From contig OZ024740.1 of assembly GCA_964016885.1 (NCBI GenBank), forward strand, positions 138,942,001 to 139,006,000: a stretch of DNA of 64,000 nt, given 5' to 3'. A model generated the notes under the pieces. It saw only the letters and a program-made list of their open reading frames with translations. It ran no database searches and was not told the origin of the DNA. Position 1 is the stretch's first letter; the number at the start of each line of letters is the position of its first letter. The DNA is from Eledone cirrhosa (Eukaryota). The translations under genes were made by a program, and so were the position numbers. Below, in pieces: positions 35,801 to 48,010 of this stretch.

Positions 35801-38800
35801 TTGTTGTTGTTGTTATTGTTATTGTTAGTGTTGTTGTTGTTGTCATTGTTGTTGTTATTCTTGTTGTTGTTGTCATTGTTGTTGTTAGTCTTGTTGTTGT
35901 TGTCATTGTTGTTGTTAGTCTTGTTGATGTTGTCATTGTTGCTGTTAGTCTCGTTGTTATCATTGTTGCTGTTAGTCTCGTTGTTGTCATTGTTGCTGTT
36001 AGTCTTCTTGTTGTTGTCATTGTTGTTGTTAGTTTTCTTGTTGTTGTCATTGTTGTTGTTAGTCTTGTTGTTGTTGTCATTGTTGTTAGTTTTGTTGTTG
36101 TTAGTCTTGTTGTTGTTTTCATTGGTGTTGTTAGTCTTGTTGTTGTTGTCATTGTTTTTGTTAGTCTTGTTGTTGTTGTCATTGTTGTTGTTAGTCTTGT
36201 TGTTTTTGTCATTGTTGCTGTTAGTCTTGTTGTTGTTGTCATTGTTGTTGTTAATCTCGTTGTTGTTGTCATTGTATATGCTAGTCTTGTTGTTGTTGTA
36301 ATTGTTGCTGTTAGTCTTGTTGTTGTTGTCACTGTTGCTGTTAGTCTTGTTGTTGTTGTCATTGTTGTTGTTAGTCTTGATTTTGTTGTCATTGTTGCTG
36401 TTAGTCTTGTTGTTGTTGTCATTGTTGTTGTTAATCTCGTTGTTGTTGTCATTGTTGTTGTTAGTCTTCTTGTTGTTGTCATTGTTGCTGTTAGTCTTGT
36501 TGTTTTTGTCATTGTTGTTGTTAGTCTTGTTGTTGTTGTCATAGTTGTTGTTAATCTCGTTGTTGTTGTCATTGTTGTTGTTAGTCTTGTTGTTGTTGTC
36601 ATTGTTGTTGTTAGTCTTGTTGTTGTTGTCATTGTTGTTGTTAATCTCGTTGTTGTTGTCATTGTTGTTGTTAGTCTTGTTGTTGTTGTCATTGTTGCTG
36701 TTAGTCTTGTTGTTGTTGTCATTGTTGTTGTTAGTCTTATTGTTGTTGTCATTGTTGTGGTTAATCTCGTTGTTGTTGTCATTGTTGTTGTTCGTCTTGT
36801 TGTTGTTGTCATTGTTGTTGTTAGTCTTGTTGTTGTTGTCATTGTTGTTGTTAATCTCGTTGTTGTTGTCATTGTTGTTGTTAGTCTTGTTGTTGTTGTC
36901 ATTGTTGCTGTTAGTCTTGTTGTTGTTGTCATTGTTGTTGTTAGTCTTGTTGTTGTTGTCATTGTTGTTGTTAGCCTTGTTGTTGTTAGTCTTGTTGTTG
37001 TTAGTCTTGTTGTTGTTGCAATTGTTGCTGTTAGTCTTGTTGTTGTTGTCATTGTTGCTGTTAGTCTTTTTGTTGTTGCAATTGTTGCCGTTAGTCTTGT
37101 TGTTGTTGTTAGTCTTGTTGTTGTTGTCATTGTTGTTATTAGTCTTGTTGTTGTTGTCATTGTTGCTGTTAGTCTTGTTGTTGTTGTCATTGTTGTTGTT
37201 AGTCTTGTTGTTGTCATTGTTGCTGTTAGTCTTGTTGTTGTTGTCATTGTTGTTGTTAGTCTTGTTGTAGTTTTCATTTTTGTTGTTAATCTTGTTGTTG
37301 TTAGTCTTGTAGTTGTTGTCATTGTTGCTGTTAGTCTTTTTGTTGTTGTCTTTGTTGTTGTTAGTCTTGTTGTTGTCATTGATGTTGTTAGTCTTGTTGT
37401 TGTTGTCATTGTTGTTGTTAATCTTGTTGTTGTTGTCATTGATGCTGTTAGTCTTGTTATTGTTGTCATTGTTGCTGTTAGTCTTGTTGTTGTCATTGTT
37501 GTTGTTAGTCTTGTTGTTGTTGTCATTGTTGTTAGTCTTGTTGTTGTTGTTTTCATTGTTGTTGTTAGTCTTGTTGTTGTTGTCATTGTTGTTGTTAGTC
37601 TTGTTGTTGTTGTCATTGTTGCTGTTAGTCTTGTTGTTGTTGTTGTCATTGTTGTTGTTAGTCTTGTTGATGTCGTCATTGTTGTTGTTAGTCTTGTTGT
37701 TGTTGTTGTCATTGTTGTTGTTAGTCTTGTTGTTGTTGTCATTGTTGCTGTTAGTCATGTTGTTGTTAGTCTTGTTGTTGTTGTCATTGTTGTTGTTAGT
37801 CTTGTTGTTGTTGTCATTGTTGTTGTTAATCTCGTTGTTGTTCTCATTGTTGTTGTTATTCTTGTTGTTGTTGTCATTGTTGCTGTTAGTCTTGTTGTTG
37901 TTGTTGTCATTGTTGTTGTTAGTCTTGTTGATGTCGTCATTGTTGTTGTTAGTCTTGTTGTTGTTAGTCTTGTTGTTGTCATTGATGTTGTTAGTCTTGT
38001 TGTTGTTGTCATTGTTGTTGTTAGTCTTGTTGTTGTTGTCATTGTTGTTGTTAGTCTTGTTGTTGTTGTCACTGTTGCTGTTAGTCTCGTTGTTGTTAGT
38101 CTTGTTGTTGTTGGCATTGTTGTTGTTAGTCTTGTTGTTGTTGTTAGTCTTGTTGTTGTTAGTCTTGTTGTTGTTAGTCTTGTTGTTGTCATTGTTGTTG
38201 TTAGTCTTGTTGTTGTTGTCATTGATGTTGTTAGTCTTGTTGTTGTTGTCATTGTTGTTGTTAATCTTGTTGTTGTTGTCATAGATGCTGTTAGTCTTGT
38301 TATTGTTGTCATTGTTGCTGTTAGTCTTGTTGTTGTCATTGTTGTTGTTAGTCTTGTTGTTGTTGTCATTGTTGTTAGTCTTGTTGTTGTTGTTTTCATT
38401 GTTGTTGTTAGTCTTGTTGTTGTTGTCATTGTTGTTGTTAGTCTTGTTGTTGTTGTCACTGTTGCTGTTAGTCTCGTTGTTGTTAGTCTTGTTGTTGTTT
38501 TCATTGTTGTTGTTAGTCTTGTTGTTGTTTTCATTGTTGTTGTTAGTCTTGTTGTTGTTGTCATTGATGTTGTTAGTCTTGTTGTTGTTGTCATTGTTGT
38601 GGTTAGTCTTGTTGTTGTTGTCATTATTGTTGTTAGTTTTGTTATTGTTGTCATTGTTGCTGTTAGTTTTGTTATTGTTGTCATTGTTGCTGTTAGTCTT
38701 GTTGTTGTCATTGTTGTTGTTAGTCTTGTTGTTGTTGTCATTGTTGTTGTTAGTCTTGTTGTTGTTGTCATTGTTGTTGTTAGTCTTGTTGTTGTTGTCA

Positions 38801-41800
38801 TTGTTGTTGTTAGTCTTGTTATTGTTGTCATTGTTGCTGTTAGACTTGTTGTTGTCATTGTTGTTGTTAGTCTTGTTGTTGTTGTCATTGTTGTTGTTAG
38901 TCTTGTTGTTGTTGTCATTATTGTTGTTAGACTTGTTGTTGTTGTCATTGTTGTTGTTATTCTTGTTGTTGTTGTCATTGTTACTGTTAGTCTTGTTGTT
39001 GTCATTTTAGTTGTTAGTCTGGTTGTTGTCATTGTTGTTGTTAGTCTTGTAGTTGTTGTCATTGTTGTTGTTAGTCTTGTTATTGCTGTCATTGTTGTTG
39101 TTGGTCTTGTTGTTGTTGTTAATCTCGTTGTTGTTGTAATTGTTGTTGTTAGTCTTGTTGTTGTTGTCATTGTTGCTGTTAGTCTTGTTGTTGTTGTCAT
39201 TGTTGTTGTTAGTCTTGTTGTTGTTGTCATTGTTGTTGTTGTTGTCATTGTTGCTGTTAGTCTTGTTGTTGTTGTCATTGTTGTTGTTAGTCTTGTCGTT
39301 GTTGTCGTTGTTACTGTTAATCTTGTTGTTGTTAGTCTTTTTGTTGTTGTTAGACTTGTTGTTGTTGTCATTGTTACTGTTAGTCTTGTTGTTGTTGTCA
39401 TTGTTGCTGTTAGTCTTGTTGTTGTTGTCATTGTTGTTGTTAGTATAGTTGTTGTTGTCATTGTTGTTGTTAGTCTTGTTGTTGTTGTCATTGTTGTTGT
39501 TAGTCTTGTTGTTGTTGTCATTGTTGTTGTTAGTCTTGTTGTTGTTAGTCTTGTTGTTGTTGTCATTGTTGTTGTTAGTCTTGTTATTGTCATTGTTGCT
39601 GTTAGTCTCGTTGTTATCATTGTTGCTGTTAGTCTCGTTGTTGTCATTGTTGCTGTTAGTCTTCTTGTTGTTGTCATTGTTGTTGTTAGTCTTCTTGTTG
39701 TTGTCATTGTTGTTGTTAGTCTTGTTGTTGTTGTCATTGTTGTTAGATTTGTTGTTGTTGTTAGTCTTGTTGTTGTTTTCATTGGTGTTGTTAGTCTTGT
39801 TGTTGTTGTCATTGTTTTTGTTAGTCTTGTTGTTGTTGTCATTTTTGCTGTTAGTCTTGTTGTCGTCATTGTTGTTGTTAGTCTTGTTGTTGTTGTCATT
39901 GTTGTTGTTGTCATTGTTGTTGTTGTCATTGTTGTTGTTAGTCTTGTTGTTGTTTTCATTGTTGTTGTTAGTCTTTTTGTTGTTGTCATTGTTGTTGTTA
40001 GTCTTGTTGTTGTTAGTCTTGTTGTTGTTGTCATTGTTGCTGTTAGTCTTGTTTTTTTTGTCATTGTTGCTGTTAGTCTTTTTGTTGTTGTCATTGTTGT
40101 TGTTGTCATTGTTGTTGTTGTCATTGTTGATGTTAGTCTCGTTGCTGTTGTCATTGTTGTTGTTAGTCTTTTTTTTGTTGTCATTGTTGCTGTTAGTCTT
40201 GTTGTTGTTGTCATTATTGTTGTTAGTCTTCTTGTTGTTGTCATTGTTGTTGTTAGTCTTGTTGTTGTTGTCAGTGTTACTGTTAGTGTTGTTGTTGTCA
40301 TTTTTGTTGTTAGTCTGGTTGTTGTCATTGTTGTTGTTAGTCTTGTAGTTGTTGTCATTGTTGTTGTTATTGTTTTTGTTGTTGTTATTTTTTTGTTAGT
40401 CTTTTTGTTGTTGTCATTGTTGTTGTTAGTCTTGTTGTTGTTTTCATTGTTGTTGTTAGTCTTATTGTTGTAGTCATTGTTGCTGTTAGTCTTGTTGTTT
40501 TCATTGTTGTTGTTAGTCTTGTTGTTGTTGTCATTGTTGTTGTTAGTCGTGTTGTTGTTGTCATTGTTGTTGTTAGTCTTTTTGTTGTTAGTCTTGTTGT
40601 TGTTGTCATTGTTGTTCTTAGTCTTGTTGTTGTCAGTGTTGCTGTTAGTCTTGTTGTTGTTGTCATTGTTGTTGTTAGTCTTGTTGTTGTTAGTCTTGTT
40701 GTTGTTGTTAGTCTTGTTGTTGTTAGTCTTGTTGTTGGTGTCATTGTTGTTGTTAGTCTTGTTGTTGTTGTCATTGTTGTTGTTAGTCTTGTTGTTGGTG
40801 TCATTGTTGTTGTTAGTCTTGTTGTTGTTGTCATTGTTGTTGTTAGTCTTGTTGTTGTTGTCATTGTTGTTGTTAGTCTTGTTGTTGTTGTCATTGTTGC
40901 TGTTAGTCTTGTTGTTGTTGTCATTGTTGCTGTTAGTGTTTGTGTTGTTGTCATTGTTGTTGTTAGTCTTGTTGTTGCTGTTAGGCTTGTTGTTGTTGTC
41001 ATTGTTGCTGTTAGTCTTGTTGTTGTTGTCATTGTTGCTGTTAGTCTTGTTGTTGTTGTCATTGTTGTTGTTAGTCTTGTTGTTGTTGTCATTGTTGTTG
41101 TTAGTCTTGTCGTTGTTGTCATTGTTGTTGTTAGTCTTGTTGTTTTTGTCATTGTTGCTGTTAGTCTTGTTGTTGTTCTCATTGTTGTTGTTAGTCTTGG
41201 TGTGGTTGTCATTGTTGTTGTTAATCTCGTTGTTGTTGTCATTGTTGTTGTTAATCTCGTTGTTGTTGTCATTGTTGTTGTTAGTCTTGTTGTTTTTGTC
41301 ATTGTTGCTGTTAGTCTTGTTGTTGTTGTCATTGTTGTTGTTAGTCTTGTTGTTGTTGTCATTGTTGTTGTTAATCTCGTTGTTGTTGTCATTGTTGTTG
41401 TTAATCTCGTTGTTGTTGTCATTGTTGTTGTTAGTTTTGTTCTTGTTAGTCTTGTTGTTGTTGTCATTGTTGTTGTTAGTCTTGTTGTTGTCATTGTTGC
41501 TGTTAGTCTTGTTGTTGTTAGTCTTGTTGTTGTTAGTCTTGTTGTTGTTAGTCGTGTTGTTGTTGTCATTGTTGCTGTTAGTCTTGTTGTTGTTAGTCGT
41601 GTTGTTGTTAGTCTTGTTGTTGTTGTCATTGTTGCTGTTAGTCTTGTTGTTGTTGGTCGTATTGTTGTTAGTCTTGTTGTTGTTAGTCTTGTTGTTGTTG
41701 TCATTGTTGCTGTTAGTCTTGTTGTTGTTGTCATTGTTGCTGTTAGTGTTGTTGTTGTTAGTCATGTTGTTGTTAGTCATTTTGTTGTTAGTCTGGTTGT

Positions 41801-43049
41801 TGTTGTTGTCATTGTTGCTGTTAGTCTTTTTGTTGTTGTCATTGTTTTTGTTAGTCTTCTTGTTGTTGTTAGACTTGTTGTTGTTGTCATTGTTTCTGTT
41901 AGGCTTGTTGTTGTTGTCATTGTTGTTGTTAGTCTTGTTGTTGTTAGTCTTGTTGTTCTTAGTCTTGTTGTTGTTGTCATTCTTGTTGTTAGTCTTGTTG
42001 TTGTTGTCATTGTTGTTGTTAGTCTTGTTGTTGTTGTCATTGTTGTTGTTAATCTCGTTGTTGTTCTCATTGTTGTTGTCATTCTTGTTGTTGTTGTCAT
42101 TGTTGCTGTTAGTCTTGTTGTTGTTAGTCTTGTTGTTGTTAGTTTTGATCTTGTTGTCATTGTTGAGTTAGTCTTGTTGTTGTTGTTGTCATTGTTGTTG
42201 TTAGTCTTGTTGTTGTTAGTCTTGTTGTTGTTAGTCTTGTTGTTGTTAGTCTTGTTGTTGTCATTGTTGTTGTTAGTCTTGTTGTTGTTGTCATTGTTGT
42301 TGTTAGTCTTGTTGTTGTTAGTCTTGTTGTTGTCATTGTTGTTGTTAGTCTTGTTGTTGTTGTCATTGTCGATGTTAGTCTTGTTGTTGTTAGTCTTGTT
42401 GTTGTTAGTCTTGTTGTTGTCATTGTTGTTGTTAGTCTTGTTGCTGTTGTCATTGTTGTTGTTAATCTTGTTGTTGTTGTCATTGATGCTGTTAGTCTTG
42501 TTGTTGTTGTCATTGTTGTTGTTAGTCTTATTGTTGTTGTTAGTCTTGTTGTTGTTTTCATTGGTGTTGTTAGTCTTGTTGTTATTGTCATTGTTGTTGT
42601 CATTATTGTTGTTAGTCTTGTTATTGTTGTCATTGTTGTTAGTCATGTTGTTGTTGTTTTCATTGTTGTTGTTAGTCTTGTTGTTGTTGTCATTGTTGTT
42701 GTTAGTCTTGTTGTTGTTGTCATTGTTGTTAGTCTTGTTGTTGTTGTTTTCATTGTTGTTGTTAGTCTTGTTGTTTTTGTCATTGTTGTCGTTAGTCTTG
42801 TTGTTGTTGTCACTGTTGCTGTTAGTCTCGTTGTTGTTAGTCTTGTTGTTGTTGTCATTGTTGTTGTTAGTCTTGTTGTTGTTGTTAGTCTTGTTGTTAT
42901 TTTCATTGTTGTTGTTAGTCTTGTTGTTGTTGTCATTGTTGTTGTTAGTCTTCTTGTTGTTGTTATTGTTATTGTTAGTGTTGTTGTTGTTGTCATTGTT
43001 GTTGTTAGACTTGTTGTTGTTGTCATTGTTGTTGTTGTCATTGTTGTTG

Positions 43050-46000
43050 TTAGTCTTGTTGTTGTTGTCATTGTTGTGGTTAGTCTTGTTGTTGTTGTCA
43101 TTATTGTTGTTAGTTGTGTTATTGTTGTCATTGTTGCTGTTAGTCTTGTTGTTGTCATTGTTGTTGTTAGTCTTGTTGTTGTTGTCATTCTTGTTGTTAG
43201 TCTTGTTGTTGTTGTCATTATTGTTGTTAGTCTTGTTGTTGTTGTCATTGTTGTTGTTAGTCTTGTTATTGTTGTCATTGTTGCTGTTAGTCTTGTTGTT
43301 GTTGTCATTGTTACTGTTAGTGTTGTTGTTGTTAGTCTTGTTGTTGTTGTCATTGTTGTTGTTAGTGTTGTTGTTGTTGTCATTGTTGCTGTTAGTCTTG
43401 TTGTTGTTGTCAGTGTTGTTGTTAGTCTTGTTGTTGTTGTTGTTGTCATTGTTGTTGTTAGTCTTGTTGTTGTTAGTCTTGTTGTTGTTGTCATTGTTGT
43501 TGTTAGTCTTGTTGTTCTCATTGTTGTTGTTAGTCTTCTTGTTGTTGTCATTGTTGTTGTTAGTCTTGTTATTGTCATTGTTGCTGTTAGTCTCGTTGTT
43601 ATCATTGTTGCTGTTTGTCTCGTTGTTGTCATTGTTGCTGTTAGTCTTCTTGTTGTTGTCATTGTTGTTGTTAGTCTTCTTGTTGTTGTCATTGTTGTTG
43701 TTAGTCTTGTTGTTGTTGTCATTGTTGTTGTTAGTCTTGTTGTTGTTGTTAGACTTGTTGTTGTTTTCATTGGTGTTGTTAGTCTTGTTGTTGTTGTCAT
43801 TGTTGTTGTTAGTCTTGTTGTTGTTGTCATTGTTGCTGTTAGTCTTGTTGTTGTCATTGTTGTTGTTAGTCTTGTTGTTGTTGTCATTGTTGTTGTTGTC
43901 ATTGTTGTTGTTGTCATTGTTGTTGTTAGTCTTGTTGTTGTTAGTCTTGTTGTTGTCATTGTTGTTCTTAGTCTTGTTGTTGTTGTCATTGTTGTTGTTA
44001 GTCTTGTTGTTGTTGTCAGTGTTGTTGTTAGTATCGTTGTTGTCATTTTTGTTTTTGTCATTGTTGTTGTTAGTCTTGTTGTTGTTAGTCTTGTTGTTGT
44101 TGTCATTGATTCTGTTAGTCTTGTTGTTGTTGGCATTGTTGCCGTTAGTCTTGTTGTTGTTGTCATTGTTGCTGTTAGTCTTGTTGTTGTTGTCATTGTT
44201 GTTGTTAGTCTTGTTGTTTTAGTCTTGTTGTTGTTAGTCTTGTTGATGTTCTCATTGTTGTTGTTAGTCTTGTTGTTGTTGTCATTGTTGCTGTTAGTCT
44301 TGTTGTTGTTGTCATTGTTGTTGTTAGTCTTTTTGTTGTTGTCATTGTAGCTTTTAGTCTTTTTGTTGTTGTCATTGTTGTTGTTAGTCTTGTTATTGTT
44401 GTCATTGTTGCTGTTAGTCTTGTTGTTGTTGTCATTGTTGTTGTTAGTCTTGTTTTTGTTGTCATTGTTGCTTTTAGTCTTTTTATTGTTGTCATTGTTG
44501 TTGTTAGTCTTGTTGTTGTTAGTCTTGTTGTTGTTGTCATTGTTGCTGTTAGTCTTGTTGTTTTTGTCATTGTTGCTGTTAGTCTTTTTGTTGTTGTCAT
44601 TGTTGTTGTTGTCATTGTTGTTGTTGTCATTGTTGTTGTTGCCATTGTTGTTGTTGTCATTGTTGATGTTAGTCTCGTTGCTGTTGTCATTGTTGTTGTT
44701 AGTCTTTTTGTTGTTGTCATTGTTGCTGTTAGTCTTGTTGTTGTTGTCATTATTGTTGTTAGTCTTGTTGTTGTTGTCATTGTTGTTGTTAGTCTTGTTG
44801 TTGTTGTCATTGTTGTTGTTTGTCTTTTTGTTGTCATTTTTTTGTTAGTCTTGTTGTTGTTGTCATTATTGTTGTTAGTCTTGTTGTTGTTGTCATTGTT
44901 GTTGTTAGTCTTGTTATTGTTGTCATTGTTGCTGTTAGTCTTGTTGTTGTTGTCATTGTTACTGTTAGTGTTGTTGTTGTTAGTCTTGTTGTTGTTAGTC
45001 TTGTTGTTGTTTTCATTGTTGTTGTTAGTCTTATTGTTGTAGTCATTGTTGCTGTTAGTCTTGTTGTTGTTGTTAGTCTTGTTGTTTTTGTCATTGTTGT
45101 TGTTAGTCTTGTTGTTGTTGTCAGTGTTACTGTTAGTCTTGTTGTTGTCATTTTTGTTGTTAGTCTGGTTGTTGCCATTGTTGTTGTTAGTCTTGTAGTT
45201 GTTGTCATTGTTGTTGTTAGTCTTTTTGTTGTTGTCATTTCTTTGTCAGTCTTTTTTTGTTGTCATTGTTGTTGTTAGTCTTGTTGTTGTTAGTCTTGTT
45301 GTTGTTTTCATTGTTGTTGTTAGTCTTATTGTTGTAGTCATTGTGCTGTTAGTCTTGTTGTTGTTGTCATTGTTGTTGTTAGTCTTGTTGTTGTTGTCAT
45401 TGTCGTTGTTTGTCTTGTTGTTGTTATCAGTGTTACTGTTAGTCTTGTTGTTGTCATTTTTGTTGTTAGTCTGGTTGTTGTCATTGTTGTTGGTAGTCTT
45501 GTAGTTGTTGTCATTGTTGTTGTTAGTCTTTTTGTTGTTGTCATTTTTTTGTTAGTCTATTTGTTGTTGTCATTGTTGTTGTTAGTCTTGTTGTTGTTAG
45601 TCTTGTTGTTGTTTTCATTGTTATTGTTAGTCTTGTTGTTGTTGTTATTGTTGTTGTTAGTCTTGTTGTTGTTGTCATTATTGTTGTTAGTCTTTTTGTT
45701 GTTAGTCTTGTTGTAGTCATTGTTGTTCTTAGTCTTGTTGTTGTTAGTCTTGTTGTTGTTGTCATTGTTTTTCTTTGTCTTCTTGTTGTTAGTCTTGTTG
45801 TTGTTAGTCTTGTTGTTGTTGTCTTAGTTGTTGTTAGTCTTGTTGTCGTTGTCAGTGTTGTTGTTAGTATTGTTGTTGTTAGTCTTGTTGTTGTTGTCAT
45901 TGTTGTTGTTAGTCTTGTTGTTGTTGTCATTGTTGTTGTTAGTCTTGTTGTTGTTGTCATTGTTGTTGTTAGTCTTGTTGTTGTTGTCATTGTTGTGGTT

Positions 46001-48010
46001 AGTCTTGTTGTTGTTGTCATTATTGTTGTTAGTTTTGTTATTGTTGTCATTGTTGCTGTTAGTCTTGTTGTTGTCATTGTTGTTGTTAGTCTTGTTGTTG
46101 TTGTCATTGTTGTTGTTAGTCTTGTTGTTGTTGTCATTATTGTTGTTAGTCTTGTTGTTGTTGTCATTGTTGTTGTTAGTCTTGTTATTGTTGTCATTGT
46201 TGCTGTTAGTCTTGTTGTTGTTGTCATTGTTACTGTTAGTGTTGTTGTTGTTAGTCTTGTTGTTGTTGTCATTGTTGTTGTTAGTGTTGTTGTTGTTGTC
46301 ATTGTTGCTGTTAGTCTTGTTGTTGTTGTCAGTGTTGTTGTTAGTCTTGTTGTTGTTGTTGTTGTCATTGTTGTTGTTAGCCTTGTTGTTGTTAGTCTTG
46401 TTGTTGTTGTCATTGTTGTTGTTAGTCTTGTTGTTCTCATTGTTGTTGTTAGTCTTCTTGTTGTTGTCATTGTTGTTGTTAGTCTTGTTATTGTCATTGT
46501 TGCTGTTAGTCTCGTTGTTATCATTGTTGCTGTTTGTCTCGTTGTTGTCATTGTTGCAGTTAGTCTTCTTGTTGTTGTCATTGTTGTTGTTAGTCTTCTT
46601 GTTGTTGTCATTGTTGTTGTTAGTCTTGTTGTTGTTGTCATTGTTGTTGTTAGTCTTGTTGTTGTTGTTAGTCTTGTTGTTGTTTTCATTGGTGTTGTTA
46701 GTCTTGTTGTTGTTGTCATTGTTGTTGTTAGTCTTGTTGTTGTTGTCATTGTTGCTGTTAGTCTTGTTGTTGTCATTGTTGTTGTTAGTATTGTTTTTGT
46801 TGTCATTGTTGTTGTTGTCATTGTTGTTGTTGTAATTGTTGTTGTTAGTCTTGTTGTTGTTTTCATTGTTGTTGTTAGTCTTGTTGTTGTCATTGTTGTT
46901 CTTAGTCTTGTTGTTGTTGTTAGTATCGTTGTTGTCATTGTTGTTGTTGTTGTCATTTTTGTTTTTGTCATTGTTGTTGTTAGTCTTGTTGTTGTTAGTC
47001 TTGTTGTTGTTGTCATTGTTGCTGTTAGTCTTGTTGTTGTTGTCATTGTTGCCGTTAGTCTTGTTGTTGTTGTCATTGTTGCTGTTAGTCTTGTTGTTGT
47101 TGTCATTGTTGTTGTTAGTCTTGTTGTTTTAGTCTTGTTGTTGTTAGTCTTGTTGATGTTCTCATTGTTGTTGTTAGTCTTGTTGTTGTTGTCATTGTTG
47201 CTGTTAGTCTTGTTGTTGTTGTCATTGTTGTTGTTAGTCTTGTTGTTGTTGTCATTGTAACTTTTAGTCTTTTTGTTGTTGTCATTGTTGTTGTTAGTCT
47301 TGCTATTGTTGTCATTGTTGCTGTTAGACTTGTTGTTGTTGTCATTGTTGTTGTTAGTCTTGTTTTTGTTGTCATTGTTGCTTTTAGTCTTTTTGTTGTT
47401 GTCATTGTTGTTGTTAGTCTTGTTGTTGTTAGTCTTGTTGTTGTCATTGTTGCTGTTAGTCTTGTTGTTTTTGTCATTGTTGCTGTTGGTCTTTTTGTTG
47501 TTGTCACTGTTGTTGTTGTCATTGTTGTTGTTGTCATTGTTGTTGTTGTCATTGTTGATGTTAGTCTCGTTGCTGTTGTCATTGTTGTTGTTAGTCTTTT
47601 TGTTGTTGTCATTGTTGCTGTTAGTCTTGTTGTTGTTGTCATTGTTGTTGTTAGTCTTGTTGTTGTTGTCATTGTTGTTGTTTGTCTTTTTGTTGTTGTC
47701 ATTTTTTTGTCAGTCTTTTTTTGTTGTCATTGTTGTTGTTAGTCTTGTTGTTGTTAGTCTTGTTGTTGTTTTCATTGTTGTTATTTAGTCTTATTGTTGT
47801 AGTCATTGTGCTGTTCGTCTTGTTGTTGTTGTCATTGTTGTTGTTAGTCTTGTTGTTGTTGTCATTGTTGTTGTTAGTCTTGTTGTTGTTATCAGTGTTA
47901 CTGTTAGTCTTGTTGTTGTCATTTTTGTTGTTAGTCTGGTTGTTGTCATTGTTGTTGTTAGTCTTGTAGTTGTTGTCATTGTTGTTGTTAGTCTTTTTGT
48001 TGTTGTCATT
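43050..48010. repeat. ~2.9-kb-offset duplication (~43050-44840 vs ~45970-47710)
   Basis: Near-identical translations 43076..44350 vs 45995..47260 and 44205..44837 vs 47115..47702; shared frameshift junction GTTTTAGTC at 44217 and 47126. Confidence 0.88.
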
